A model generated the notes under the pieces. That model had not been told where the DNA came from. It ran no database searches and worked only from the letters and a program-made list of their open reading frames with translations. The position numbers and the translations under genes are program-made. DNA of 64,000 nt, taken from an uncultured virus (IMG/VR IMGVR_UViG_3300026321_000001) (taxonomy: Duplodnaviria; Heunggongvirae; Uroviricota; Caudoviricetes). The stretch lies in IMG/VR virus record IMGVR_UViG_3300026321_000001; one strand, given 5' to 3'. Shown in pieces: positions 38,117 to 48,044 of the stretch. Each line of letters starts with the position of its first letter. The first letter of the stretch is position 1.

Positions 38117-38851
38117 CTACGTACCGAACTGTGTATTCTCTGCTTTTGATCCACCAAGTACCTGTATACCTAGTATCTCTGCAACAGAACTCCTCTCACT
38201 AACCACGTGATCTTGTGTCCAATCCTTATTCTTCTCTACCTTCGTTGTGAATCTATATCTCTCGTACTTAAATGTCACTGTAAGCTTCATAACGTCACCA
38301 TTAGCGTTACCAAACTCCAGATTACCCATATTGTATGGGTATACTCCAACGAATCTATATACACCAACTGCTTTATTCAACCTACCAAAGTAGTCTATAC
38401 CTGCCTTCCTAGTCTTAGACAATAAATTAGAACCACGTTCCCACTTTCTCACAAATACATCAGTAATATAATCATCATAGAAACCAACTCTATTCTCACT
38501 GTCAGGTGCCATAGTATTCATCCACTTCTCATAGAAGTTTCTATGCCACTGATCCTTAGTTACTAAGAAACTAATAGTCAGTTCATTCTGAGTTTGTCCT
38601 GTAGCATATGTCCTCTGAATACCAAAATTCTTAATCTCACCAGTAGTTACGTTACGTGAGGGTATTGTTACATTGTCTGCATAGTAGTTAAGTGCTTCAT
38701 AATATTCGCCTGGGTTATGACTATACCCGTCCATTCTTGTAAATATCCTTGGCACTCCAAACTCAACCGAGTACAGATTACCTAATGCAGGTTCCTTTGC
38801 ACCAGTTGCTACTAGGTCTTGGAATCGTCTAAATGAATTTGGAATTACCAT
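38117..38851 (-). CDS. Baseplate-tail tube initiator (gp54-like)
   Basis: VTIPSRNV.T, FYDDY, YP...G...LTVTFKYE; synteny. Confidence 0.75.
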   Translation of the reverse strand: MVIPNSFRRFQDLVATGAKEPALGNLYSVEFGVPRIFTRMDGYSHNPGEYYEALNYYADNVTIPSRNVTTGEIKNFGIQRTYATGQTQNELTISFLVTKDQWHRNFYEKWMNTMAPDSENRVGFYDDYITDVFVRKWERGSNLLSKTRKAGIDYFGRLNKAVGVYRFVGVYPYNMGNLEFGNANGDVMKLTVTFKYERYRFTTKVEKNKDWTQDHVVSERSSVAEILGIQVLGGSKAENTQFGT

Positions 38852-39297
38852 CAGAATATAACTTTAGTTGGAATAGGGATGTTTCTCCCATTAACTGTAA
38901 TAACAAATTGTTCAGAAGGAACAAGACCAATGTCATCCCATTCTTCCTGTGGAACATTGTAGAAAGGACTTAATACATTACTCCTCAAGTATTTATGGAA
39001 AGTTTGAGGCGGTGCTTGTGGAGAGAAACCTATCCTTCTAGTGGCAGGTTGTAAATAATGAACATTTGATCCCCAAAAATGATGCGTACTCTCTCCTAAG
39101 ACGTACACCATTGGATATTTATCCCATTTTTGCATCTTTTCACCAAATTCAGCATCATATTGGAACGTTATAGCACTACCTACTAGTGGACCATCTTGTC
39201 CACGTCCTTGTAATCCAAAAAATAGCTGACTCCTCCACCAAGAAGGTGATTGTGGTTTACCATCAGATAGATCTCTAATATCTTCGAAGACACTCAT
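38851..39297 (-). CDS. gp2: DNA end protector
   Basis: FQYDA...WDKYPMV...FWGSNVHYL...HKYL. Confidence 0.8.
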   Translation of the reverse strand: MSVFEDIRDLSDGKPQSPSWWRSQLFFGLQGRGQDGPLVGSAITFQYDAEFGEKMQKWDKYPMVYVLGESTHHFWGSNVHYLQPATRRIGFSPQAPPQTFHKYLRSNVLSPFYNVPQEEWDDIGLVPSEQFVITVNGRNIPIPTKVIF

Positions 39298-39734
39298 ACC
39301 TTTAACTCGTGTTCTGTTAGTATCACAAATTCCATACCTCGATCTCTAGCATAACTCTTGGCAGCCTTCCATTTTGCTTGATTGACACCATAAGTTGCTA
39401 TCTCCTTCAAAAGCTTCTTAGTTTTCCTCCCCCGTTTCGGTGGTTGAGTCTGAGCATAAGGTTTGACCTCAATGAGTCTCTTCGAGAATCCTCCAGCTCT
39501 GTTCTTTGATTTAACGTAAAAATCAGGGAAATACCTATGAGGACGACGATCCAAGGGACTAATATAAGGAACAATGATTTCTTCACTTCCCCACTCCATA
39601 ACGTTTAAATTTCTATCACACCATACCATAAATTTTCTCTCCCACAAAGATCTATAAATAATGTTTGTGGGATCCCCTTTGTATTTGCCAGGATTGCTTG
39701 GTTTGAACCTACCCTGATAACTTTTATAGGTCAT
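39294..39734 (-). CDS. gp4: Head completion nuclease
   Basis: KYKGDPTNIIYRSLWE, HRYFPDF, IEVKP, NQAKW. Confidence 0.92.
   Translation of the reverse strand: MTYKSYQGRFKPSNPGKYKGDPTNIIYRSLWERKFMVWCDRNLNVMEWGSEEIIVPYISPLDRRPHRYFPDFYVKSKNRAGGFSKRLIEVKPYAQTQPPKRGRKTKKLLKEIATYGVNQAKWKAAKSYARDRGMEFVILTEHELKV
39653..39660 (+). promoter_or_regulatory. T4-type late promoter for gp48-gp53
   Basis: TATAAATA on the + strand inside gp4. Confidence 0.7.
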
Positions 39735-39735
39735 A

Positions 39736-40842
39736 ATGGTTAGAATCAACTTAAATGATATTTGGTCTAAGTTCGGACTAGGAAAAAATCCCAGTGACTT
39801 CGGCGATACAAGATCACCTCTGGTATACCCAAGAGAGCTTCCTGCTCAAGTGCCAACAAGTCGTGATGGAATTAGACCAGAAGACGAGGCAGAAACCAAA
39901 TATTTAGATTATTTAAGAATACAGGTTTATAAAACACAAGGTGCCAATGGTGCTAACCCATATACTTGGGTTGGCGGTGGTGGCGGGTTTCAAGAACCTT
40001 TCAAAGGATTAAATCAAAGTGCGTTAGCTAAGACTATTTATCTTTACCTCCCTAGCGGGTTAAAAGAGGAGTATGGAGCTAACTATAATCAAGCTACTTT
40101 AGGTGCTGCTGGTGTAGGTGCAGCAAAAGCAGGTGGTGCTGCATTGAGTGGAGAAAATATTGATGCTGCCAATTTAGCAGCAAAAACTGCTGGTACTGCA
40201 AAACCAGAATTCCTTATGAATACTGCTGCTTCAGCACTCGGTGCTGTTAATAGTGCAGCAGGTACTGGTGGAAGTCTAGATACCAATGATCTACTAGCAG
40301 TAACAACTAAGAAGGTATTCAACCCATACCAAGAAACAACATTTAAAGGTGTGAACTATAGAAGTCACCCCTTTAACTTTAAAATGGCACCTCGTAATGC
40401 TAAAGAAGCATTAGAGTGTTATAGAATTATCTCAACGTTAAGACAGGCAATGCTTCCTTCTGCTAGTAATGGAGCTGATGCCTTTGGTGACATAAACAAC
40501 ACAGCTCAGAATCTATTAAATAGTAAGTCTGGGAGTCACGGTGGAGCAAGATTCCTAAACATACCTGATATCTTTAAGTTATCACTTGTAAGGGTTGAAA
40601 CTAATGATATTGGTGGTGCAAATTTCACTGCTAATAACTCACCAAGTAGACTCGCACAAATTGTAAGATATCCAACTAAGTGCGTACTAGCAAGTCTGAG
40701 TGTCGATGTGTCACCAGATGGACAGTACAATTCTTTGAAGAGTGTAATGGATGATCAATGGGATCACGGTCCTGCTGCTATGACACTTGCACTTAATTTC
40801 CAAGAAACACAATTCATTACAAGGGAGATGGTAAGAGGCTAA
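39736..40842 (+). CDS. gp48: Baseplate tail-tube cap
   Basis: IYLYLP, NPY.ETTFKG..YRSHPFNFKMAPRN, L.LNFQET. Confidence 0.85.
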   Translation: MVRINLNDIWSKFGLGKNPSDFGDTRSPLVYPRELPAQVPTSRDGIRPEDEAETKYLDYLRIQVYKTQGANGANPYTWVGGGGGFQEPFKGLNQSALAKTIYLYLPSGLKEEYGANYNQATLGAAGVGAAKAGGAALSGENIDAANLAAKTAGTAKPEFLMNTAASALGAVNSAAGTGGSLDTNDLLAVTTKKVFNPYQETTFKGVNYRSHPFNFKMAPRNAKEALECYRIISTLRQAMLPSASNGADAFGDINNTAQNLLNSKSGSHGGARFLNIPDIFKLSLVRVETNDIGGANFTANNSPSRLAQIVRYPTKCVLASLSVDVSPDGQYNSLKSVMDDQWDHGPAAMTLALNFQETQFITREMVRG

Positions 40843-41594
40843 TGGCATACTTCAGATACCTACCAAAAGTTTATGTCCGTAATAGGACTATCAAAGATGG
40901 TGTTCATCCCTATGAATTGACACGTAATATCTTTCGTAGAATTAAAATTAAAGACAATCTACAGGGTAGTCTATTAGGATTCACTCAGTATGAGATAATG
41001 GAAGGTGAAAGACCAGACCAAATCGCTCGTAAGTTCTATGGTGATTCAGGTCTTGACTGGATTGTATTAATAGTCAATAATATAATCAATGTGAATGAAG
41101 ACTGGCCAATGACACGTGCTGACCTATACAGCTATGTTGTTAAAATACACGGTAACGTTGATGGTGTAAGTCACTATGAATCTAATGATATATTTGCTAC
41201 TGACGGTACAAAAGTATTTCAATCAGGTTTAGTTGTCAATGAAGACTTTCAATATACCAGACCTGATGGTACAATCGTACCCAAAGCAGATTGTCGTCAC
41301 GGAGTGACTCATTATGAGGTCTATGCAGAAAGAAATGAACAAAAAAGGAACATATATTTGCTACGTGAAGAATATGTAACTGACTTTATCAATGAGTTCA
41401 AGAGACTTGCTAAGTATCTACCTCACGGTGAGATTGATGTGGAAGGTAATAAGAAGACAGAGACCTCTATCGCTGAAGAATTCATAGGTATCTCAACATA
41501 CAGAAAACCCAGTCAAAGCACTGCTTCAACTGGGTCTGCACAGGGAAGTGGTTCTTCCACTGCTTTAATTAGTTCTGGTTCGCAATCTGTTTAG
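40842..41594 (+). CDS. gp53: Baseplate wedge subunit
   Basis: MAYFRYLP, GERPDQIA..FYGDS.LDW, HYE, NEQKRNI. Confidence 0.9.
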   Translation: MAYFRYLPKVYVRNRTIKDGVHPYELTRNIFRRIKIKDNLQGSLLGFTQYEIMEGERPDQIARKFYGDSGLDWIVLIVNNIINVNEDWPMTRADLYSYVVKIHGNVDGVSHYESNDIFATDGTKVFQSGLVVNEDFQYTRPDGTIVPKADCRHGVTHYEVYAERNEQKRNIYLLREEYVTDFINEFKRLAKYLPHGEIDVEGNKKTETSIAEEFIGISTYRKPSQSTASTGSAQGSGSSTALISSGSQSV

Positions 41595-41896
41595 AAGCAC
41601 CAGTTATCGTCTTTATAGAAGTAGCACGGTACTCCGTGATTGTTGTGTCTATTTGGGACGAAATATCGTCTATATTGTGGAACGTGGTAATGATCGTTAT
41701 ATTCAGGCCAAGCTCGTCTCCTTCGCTTTCTTCTGACTGGGGAGTACCAACAATTCCAACTATCAAACACTGCATCGTGTACACAGTGTGATGGTTCAAC
41801 TTCGAATCCATCACTTGAATGGAGTCGATGACGTGCCATTGCTGCATTAGGTGCAGCTAGTACAAGTGCTAAAGCAGCAATAGCAAATCGTTTCAT
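41591..41896 (-). CDS. Hypothetical exported protein
   Basis: Signal-peptide-like N-terminus MKRFAIAALALVLAAPNAAMA. Confidence 0.65.
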   Translation of the reverse strand: MKRFAIAALALVLAAPNAAMARHRLHSSDGFEVEPSHCVHDAVFDSWNCWYSPVRRKRRRRAWPEYNDHYHVPQYRRYFVPNRHNNHGVPCYFYKDDNWCF

Positions 41897-41911
41897 AATA
41901 AAGTGTCTCCG

Positions 41912-42832
41912 TTAACCTTCATTAGCTAGTTTAGCAAAATAAGACAGAGCGTCATCATCTTCTGTGACAGAAGGTGTACTGTCCACTGATTCTGTCCAAT
42001 TCTTAGCAGCAACAGTAGTTACATTAGAAGTATCCACTGTTGTTGTAGGTTGTGGGACATCGATCTCAATCTCAGTAGTTTCACGATCTACACGAGACCC
42101 TAAAACTGACTTGAGACGTGCTTCAAGTTCCTCATAGGACTTGAATTGATCTGGTGCAGTAAACTGTGCCAAGTCATATGCTTGGTTGTACACTTCCTCC
42201 AGTTTGGCATCATCATACCCACCGAGAACTCCTGGTGTGGTAAAGACGGAATCGTCATAATTCCAAAAACCTGCAACCTGCTTGATCTTCAGTTTGAAGT
42301 CAGCACCCTTCCATAAATCGAAAGGATTGAAAGCGGGTTCTGGATCGTAATCGTTCTCATTGGGCTGCATCTTAGCCATAATCTTGTCAAAAATACGCTT
42401 GCCGTACTTGTACAAGAATACTCTACCCTCATTTTCAGGGTTGATAGGATCCTTTATGACTTGGATATTGCTGTAGTAAGAAAGCTTACGCTTTTGCTTA
42501 CGTGCAGTGTCCTTGTCTGATTCAGCACCAGAATTCCATAAAGAGGAGTTCAGAGCAGAAACTGGATCTTTCTGACCTAATGTAGTCAGACTGTTTTCGA
42601 TGTACCAACCACCTGGTCCTTGAAATGCGTGACTCCATACCTGTGCCCAAGGGACATCAACCCCTTCGGTCTCAGGAAGGAAGCGAATAACGGCAAAACC
42701 GTTACCTGCCTTGTCAACTGCTGGTTTCCAAAATCGTTCATCGACTTTGCGACCACCGCTGGTCATCTTTTCTATCTCTTTGGTCAAGTTTTGAAACTTG
42801 CCAGACTTTTTCTTTAGATTCGAAAAAGACAT
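41912..42832 (-). CDS. gp32: Single-stranded DNA-binding protein
   Basis: DERFWK, GNGFAVIRFLP, WYIENS, YGKRIFDKI, FKSYEEL, acidic tail. Confidence 0.96.
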   Translation of the reverse strand: MSFSNLKKKSGKFQNLTKEIEKMTSGGRKVDERFWKPAVDKAGNGFAVIRFLPETEGVDVPWAQVWSHAFQGPGGWYIENSLTTLGQKDPVSALNSSLWNSGAESDKDTARKQKRKLSYYSNIQVIKDPINPENEGRVFLYKYGKRIFDKIMAKMQPNENDYDPEPAFNPFDLWKGADFKLKIKQVAGFWNYDDSVFTTPGVLGGYDDAKLEEVYNQAYDLAQFTAPDQFKSYEELEARLKSVLGSRVDRETTEIEIDVPQPTTTVDTSNVTTVAAKNWTESVDSTPSVTEDDDALSYFAKLANEG

Positions 42833-42888
42833 AAGTGTGTACCTGTATTGTGTAAGTGTGTTTTTACTACCCTTTAAGGGTAACATAC

Positions 42889-42896
42889 TATTTATA
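42889..42896 (-). promoter_or_regulatory. Late promoter upstream of gp32
   Basis: TATAAATA, with TTGACA immediately upstream. Confidence 0.65.
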
Positions 42897-43230
42897 CGTT
42901 GTCAAGAGTGGATTTAAAGTGTCTTAACTTGTCCTCCATCTCCTGTAACACGTCATTAATAGTGCGTCCTTGAGAATAAACCTTAGACATTTCATCAAGT
43001 TTTAACTTGACTGCCATTGCCTCTTCATCCTCGTGGGACATTAAGCATATTCTAGCATAGAACACCTTCTGCTTTGCAATAAGCATAAGTGTCTTTTCAA
43101 GGTGGTCGATTTTATCCTCTTCTGTAAGAGAAGCGAATTTGGTGGAAAGACGGGCTAAATCCGTGTATAATCTCTCCATATCCTTGATTTCATCGATCAC
43201 TTGTTCAGATTCGTAGAATCTATCGGTCAT
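42892..43230 (-). CDS. Conserved cyanophage hypothetical protein
   Basis: LIAKQKVFYARICL; lies between gp33 and gp32. Confidence 0.75.
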   Translation of the reverse strand: MTDRFYESEQVIDEIKDMERLYTDLARLSTKFASLTEEDKIDHLEKTLMLIAKQKVFYARICLMSHEDEEAMAVKLKLDEMSKVYSQGRTINDVLQEMEDKLRHFKSTLDNV

Positions 43231-43475
43231 ATCGGTAAAACCCCTCTACTAGTGCGTTTGACATAATTTAACTCTTGGGCATTAAACTTAATTTTGTCCT
43301 TCAGAGGTTTGCTGATCAACTTATTGACAGTATCAACCTCGATGTCCAGCTCGTCGCAGACTACGATGACTGCATCGATATAGTTCACCAAGCCTTCACT
43401 GTTCTTGACCACTTCCTCAACCATAGTTGAGAATTTAGCTTGTGTCATAAACTTTTCTTTAAATTCTTTTGTCAT
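43227..43475 (-). CDS. gp33: Late transcription co-activator
   Basis: FSTMVE...YIDA...KLISKPLKDKI..AQELN. Confidence 0.88.
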   Translation of the reverse strand: MTKEFKEKFMTQAKFSTMVEEVVKNSEGLVNYIDAVIVVCDELDIEVDTVNKLISKPLKDKIKFNAQELNYVKRTSRGVLPI

Positions 43476-44137
43476 TTAAGAGTTGCCATAAATTCAGAGA
43501 TGTACTCCAGCAAGAGTTCGTAATAATAATCCAAGTCAGTTTTCTCAACAACCTGAATCATACCTTCCTCTGTAGCAATGAGTGTAACGATCTTATCGAC
43601 CTTCACACCGCAACGTTCATAGTACATTGCAGCATAAGCAGTCTCTTGAACAAAGTAATTTTCAATCCATTCAATCTTCTTCTCTCTAGTTGATGTCTTA
43701 AAGTCAATGACAGCGAGTTCACCATCAAATTCTGCTATACAGTCAACCCTACCAGCAAGACATAACTTATCTGAGTAGAGAGGAGATTCAAGAAGGTGTA
43801 TGTTATCGATACGATTAATAGTATCCTTTGCAGATTTAAATAGGAAACTGGCAAGAGGATGCTTCGCATCAAAACTAACTTCTTCGTTCTTCAGGTAACA
43901 TTCTACCATAGAATGAAATTTATTGCCACGAGATGTTGCTCGATTGCAAATCAAGTTAGCCTTTTCCTCACCAACTCTCTTCCTCCACTTAAGGATACCC
44001 TCCTTATTCCGTGATCCTGTCACTGTAGTAACAGACGGATACCATTTGCCTTCCTGTACTTGATACAAACGCCCTACATCCTTAGTAATGGCATTCATCT
44101 CAGTTAATGGAACAGGTGGTCCCACAGTTTTGAACAT
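43472..44137 (-). CDS. PD-(D/E)xK exonuclease
   Basis: YPSVTTV, RGNKFH, AGRVDC, IDFKTS, QETAYA. Confidence 0.88.
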   Translation of the reverse strand: MFKTVGPPVPLTEMNAITKDVGRLYQVQEGKWYPSVTTVTGSRNKEGILKWRKRVGEEKANLICNRATSRGNKFHSMVECYLKNEEVSFDAKHPLASFLFKSAKDTINRIDNIHLLESPLYSDKLCLAGRVDCIAEFDGELAVIDFKTSTREKKIEWIENYFVQETAYAAMYYERCGVKVDKIVTLIATEEGMIQVVEKTDLDYYYELLLEYISEFMATLK

Positions 44138-44139
44138 AG

Positions 44140-44889
44140 TTAGAGTTGAGCGTTCATTTTAGCGATAAGGTACTCTCTGACTAATCCAGAGCGTACGATG
44201 TCGTCAATACCAAACTCAATACTATCAAATGACGGCATTGCCTGAACTATCTGGAGAAAGTCCAGAATACCAGTACGTTCATTATTTTTGACGAGATCGG
44301 ACTGTGCTACATCACCTGAGAAGATGATTCGACAGTTTTGTCCTATCCTCGTAATTATACTATCTAACTCGTGAAAATTCAAGTTGCTAAACTCATCCAC
44401 AATGATGACAGAGTTATCAAAGGTGGTACCCCTTATGAATGAGGTAGACCAAAAGGAGATAGTCTCCTGAGTCCTTAGATTGTCATATAATAGTTGAAAA
44501 GCATTATCATCAGGCATTTCGAACATATACTTAACCATATTCTTGTATGGTATCTGGTATAGGTTAGATTTGTCCTCGTGGTCACCTGGTAAGAATCCAA
44601 TCTCTCTTGTAGGTACGAGAGACCTTACCATATAGACTTTATCGTATGGATTGCCTTCATCTAACACCTGTTGTAGTGCTAAGTAAAGACTAATAAATGT
44701 TTTACCTGTACCTGCTGCACCGTGTAATACGAGATGCTTACCCTCACCATAAGACTTGAACACCCTCTCTTGATTGCTAGTGAGGGGTTCTATAGTCTTA
44801 AGGTGATCAATATTAATGGGCTTTTTGCGTCTCATCTGCTTTGCAGTCTGTTTGGCAGCAGGGAAAGTTTTGCGTCTTTTAACAGCCAT
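44140..44889 (-). CDS. phoH: PhoH-family ATPase
   Basis: GAAGTGKT, IGFLPG, IRGTT, IVDE, GDVAQSD, DIVRS. Confidence 0.95.
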   Translation of the reverse strand: MAVKRRKTFPAAKQTAKQMRRKKPINIDHLKTIEPLTSNQERVFKSYGEGKHLVLHGAAGTGKTFISLYLALQQVLDEGNPYDKVYMVRSLVPTREIGFLPGDHEDKSNLYQIPYKNMVKYMFEMPDDNAFQLLYDNLRTQETISFWSTSFIRGTTFDNSVIIVDEFSNLNFHELDSIITRIGQNCRIIFSGDVAQSDLVKNNERTGILDFLQIVQAMPSFDSIEFGIDDIVRSGLVREYLIAKMNAQL

Positions 44890-45120
44890 CTAGGTAAAAC
44901 GTGATAGGTTTGCAGCGGGGTGATCTTTTTGGATCTTGGACATTACTTCTTTGAATCCGTCCGACTGCTTAGGTTTACCATAGGTAGTTCTTGGAATTTG
45001 GTTGCCAAAATAGCGTTCTAACTCAGGGTGGTCTTCTTTATATTTATCCAGGGCAAGTATAGACATACTAACCTCGATAATTTCACCCGTTTCCTTGTTT
45101 TTAAAATCGTAGTTTGGCAT
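44890..45120 (-). CDS. FmdB-like small protein
   Basis: MPNYDFKNKETGE...GFKEVMSKI. Confidence 0.65.
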   Translation of the reverse strand: MPNYDFKNKETGEIIEVSMSILALDKYKEDHPELERYFGNQIPRTTYGKPKQSDGFKEVMSKIQKDHPAANLSRFT

Positions 45121-45728
45121 TAGATTTTTAATAGTTTTGTATGTACACCATATTCGCCTCTACAGATCACATTGAATGAGAGACTAATACGTGCTTCCTT
45201 GGGATTTACAAGGTTGCAAGGTGTAACTGAGTGTACCACATCTGAGGGGAAGATGACAATCATCCCTGTTTCAGGTGTTATTGCATATTCACTTGCATTA
45301 TACAGGTTCGGATGCTGTAAATGTGGTTCCAGTGCCTTATATTTAGACTGATGGAAAATAATGTTACCCGAACCTTTAGGTGAATAGAGATAGCATACAC
45401 CAGAAAACTGTGAATTGCAATGGTCGTGACCGTGTACAGTATCACCCTTGAACATAAAATTTATCCAAGAGTTAGTTACTTCTGCTGTGTGCTTCTTAGG
45501 ATCTATACCCTGAACACCATACACATACTCTTCAATATGACCCATAACCCACGTCTGTAATTGAGGTAACTCCCTCAAGGAGTGTCTAGCACTGGTCATA
45601 TTGCCAGTATTATTGTATGGTTCGTCTGCTATATCCATCTCTGTAATTACATCAGTAACTTCAGGCATCTTGCCATCGTTACTAACGTATACAGGAGTAG
45701 AGAACAGTGGGATTACTTCAGAGGGCAT
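45120..45728 (-). CDS. 2OG-Fe(II) oxygenase (TIGR02466-like)
   Basis: PLFSTP, SWIN, HDH, FPSDVVHSV, RISLSFN. Confidence 0.85.
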   Translation of the reverse strand: MPSEVIPLFSTPVYVSNDGKMPEVTDVITEMDIADEPYNNTGNMTSARHSLRELPQLQTWVMGHIEEYVYGVQGIDPKKHTAEVTNSWINFMFKGDTVHGHDHCNSQFSGVCYLYSPKGSGNIIFHQSKYKALEPHLQHPNLYNASEYAITPETGMIVIFPSDVVHSVTPCNLVNPKEARISLSFNVICRGEYGVHTKLLKI

Positions 45729-46468
45729 TAATCTATTCTTAGGCAGGGCTGCGTTTCTCCCCACCCATCATCGTAACGACAGTCGCAATCGTCCTCAGCA
45801 TCTGGACACCAGTCCAAAGCTTTGGCAATCGTTGGGAAGTTACAGATGAAATGGTCACGACATAGCTTTGCTATATCAATGTGCTCCTTCTGGGTACCAT
45901 TAGCAGTACGTAACTGAATGTAATGCATCCAACTACGAACACTACCAGTCATATAGACCCTAGTGGGTGTTGCTAACGGGAGAACAAATCTCGCACATTC
46001 CTTCGCAACACCCTCACGTATGAGTTCATCATAGAGATCCACTCCCTCGGCGAAATACTGTGAGATCCTACCTTGTAAGAACGATACTTGTTTTTCATCT
46101 AAGTCATCTATAGAGTTCTGTCTGTTCTTTGTATCTTGTCTTCTCAGTTCAGGTAAATCAATTGCTTGTGCAAGTAGTTCAGTGTTAGCGTACCTTTGAC
46201 TGAACTCTTGGAATGTAAAACTTCTATGCCTTAAGATCTGTGCTGCTAGTCCTCTAGTAGTGTTGATCTCTAGGGTCATATGGGCTTGCTCAAACACAGA
46301 GTAGTGACCGTGTTCTATACAATAACTCAAGAGTTTCTCAACTTTTGGATTCTCTTGGTTCTTAGGGTTAGATACCCTAGCGATATATCCTATAGTTTTC
46401 TCAGCATCAGGTGTAACACTGACGAGACATACTTTAGGCTTATGCAATTCAATCGGTGCTTTGGTCAT
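45728..46468 (-). CDS. thyX: Flavin-dependent thymidylate synthase
   Basis: RHRSFTFQEFSQRY ThyX motif. Confidence 0.95.
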   Translation of the reverse strand: MTKAPIELHKPKVCLVSVTPDAEKTIGYIARVSNPKNQENPKVEKLLSYCIEHGHYSVFEQAHMTLEINTTRGLAAQILRHRSFTFQEFSQRYANTELLAQAIDLPELRRQDTKNRQNSIDDLDEKQVSFLQGRISQYFAEGVDLYDELIREGVAKECARFVLPLATPTRVYMTGSVRSWMHYIQLRTANGTQKEHIDIAKLCRDHFICNFPTIAKALDWCPDAEDDCDCRYDDGWGETQPCLRID

Positions 46469-46697
46469 TTTGTAGAAATCTAATCATAGTAATGAAACAA
46501 AATGCGTGAAAGTAATTGATACTCTTCACTGCAAATATGTATGGCATTGTGTAGTTCCAACAGAACATCCACAACACAGGTCCTAACAGGTAAACCCCAA
46601 TGAATTTACCGACCATTGCAGAGGTAACTAATTGTTCCTTAAGATCTTCAGGTACCTCTGATGTCTTCTTCTTCAAATTATAAAAGGTGTTACTCAT
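46449..46697 (-). CDS. Hypothetical membrane protein
   Basis: Hydrophobic segments around WNYTMPYIF. Confidence 0.65.
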   Translation of the reverse strand: MSNTFYNLKKKTSEVPEDLKEQLVTSAMVGKFIGVYLLGPVLWMFCWNYTMPYIFAVKSINYFHAFCFITMIRFLQNDQSTD

Positions 46698-46980
46698 CCT
46701 CTTCCTTCCTCCTCTTACGCTTCTTACGTGGTGGAGTAGGTGTAGTATTCCATTCTTGAGGTCTAAGTCTACCTTCAGATTGCTTCAACCACTTGAAGTT
46801 CTTCTTGTACTTATCATAGTAATGGTCAAACAGTTCAACTGCTTGACTACCCATAGCAATATCGTGTCTGGTCTGGAGAACATTGTTCTCTTCAACAAGA
46901 TACTGTACCAAGTACGCTGTGTAAGGTAGTTTCTTATCTTCTGCGAGTTTAGGATCGCAGTTCTCGTGAATAATATTCAA
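46690..46980 (-). CDS. Conserved hypothetical protein
   Basis: IIHENCDP...LPYTAYLV...FDHYYDKY. Confidence 0.7.
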   Translation of the reverse strand: MNIIHENCDPKLAEDKKLPYTAYLVQYLVEENNVLQTRHDIAMGSQAVELFDHYYDKYKKNFKWLKQSEGRLRPQEWNTTPTPPRKKRKRRKEEDE

Positions 46981-47411
46981 CTCCTACCACCCCAATTAAT
47001 CTCAGGGAATGCTTCAGTCACCACTGCTTTAGTGATCCTAAACTTCTTACCGAGTTGCTTATCTTTGACAAGACATAGGATTGCTGCTTCATCCTTGTGT
47101 AATCCCTCACACATTTGGATAAACATATTCTCCTTCTTGACACCAGGGAGTTGATCAGCACCACCCTTAACAAAGTAGTACAACTTACGTGCCTCTAATT
47201 CAAGAGAAGTATGTTCAGTACCTTGTGGTGCTTCATTAGCTCTATAAGGTACTTCACCTTCAGGTATAACAGACACGACACTATCATCATAGTTCCAAAT
47301 GAACAATGACCTTAATGACTGACTATTATTAGCCTTAAGAATCTTTACCTTCTCTGCCTTGGTCTTGGCATTATGTGCCTTCTGAATAATTTCAGAGATC
47401 ATCAGTTTCAT
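46977..47411 (-). CDS. Conserved T4-like hypothetical protein
   Basis: ISEI...PEGEVPY...LYYF...FIQMCEGLH. Confidence 0.75.
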   Translation of the reverse strand: MKLMISEIIQKAHNAKTKAEKVKILKANNSQSLRSLFIWNYDDSVVSVIPEGEVPYRANEAPQGTEHTSLELEARKLYYFVKGGADQLPGVKKENMFIQMCEGLHKDEAAILCLVKDKQLGKKFRITKAVVTEAFPEINWGGRS

Positions 47412-47431
47412 AGTTAATTGTCCAGATTAAT

Positions 47432-47668
47432 TCAGTCGTCATCGTCCTCAATTGTAGCATCATCATCGACAAGATGCAAGTAGAGTAGTTCTGACTGGTC
47501 TACGTTACCATTCTCATCCAACATTTCTGGATGGGTGATTGCTTTTGCGTAAGCAGCGTTGTCGATGTAGGCATCTAGGTATCCTTTGAAGATAAAGGTC
47601 ACCAGACTACCCAATATGAATGCTGCGAATAACGAAAAAGTATACAGTGAGGCGGTTACCTGTTCCAT
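47432..47668 (-). CDS. Small membrane protein (DUF2973-like)
   Basis: TM segment plus HPEMLDENG. Confidence 0.6.
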   Translation of the reverse strand: MEQVTASLYTFSLFAAFILGSLVTFIFKGYLDAYIDNAAYAKAITHPEMLDENGNVDQSELLYLHLVDDDATIEDDDD

Positions 47669-47724
47669 TGGTTTCTCCTAATAATGTTTGCAACTAAAGA
47701 GTTCCTCCAATGAACTGTCTCTAT

Positions 47725-47973
47725 TTAGAGGAAACCCTGCTGCCTAAACTGCTGGATGCTTTCATTACATCCACCAATGTTCTTACCATCCACTTTTAGT
47801 TGTGGGAATGTAGAAGCGTGTCCAAATTCTCCATAGAATTGATCACGTGTGAAATTTACATCAAGTTTATACTCTTGATAATTCCATCCCTTCTCATTAT
47901 ACACCCTCTTTATCTTGGTGCAGAAAGGGCAACCTTCTTTAGTATAGATTGCTGTATTTTTAGGTGATGCCAT
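47725..47973 (-). CDS. nrdC: Glutaredoxin
   Basis: CPFC, TFPQ, IGG. Confidence 0.92.
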   Translation of the reverse strand: MASPKNTAIYTKEGCPFCTKIKRVYNEKGWNYQEYKLDVNFTRDQFYGEFGHASTFPQLKVDGKNIGGCNESIQQFRQQGFL

Positions 47974-47989
47974 AGGGTATTAAAGCAAT

Positions 47990-48015
47990 AAAAAGGGTGG
48001 GGAAAAACCCCACCC
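47990..48015 (-). terminator. Intrinsic terminator
   Basis: GGGTGGGG-TTTTT-CCCCACCC followed by TTTTT. Confidence 0.8.
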
Positions 48016-48044
48016 AGTATATATTATCTGTTGACTTGAGTCAA
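48016..48044 (-). promoter_or_regulatory. sigma70-type promoter for glutaredoxin
   Basis: TTGACT-17-TATACT abutting the terminator. Confidence 0.65.

Noticed and set aside
43472..44137. Cas4-like nuclease suggesting CRISPR
   Set aside because: Standard T4-like PD-(D/E)xK exonuclease in the conserved phoH-gp33 context; no repeat-spacer array or other cas genes seen
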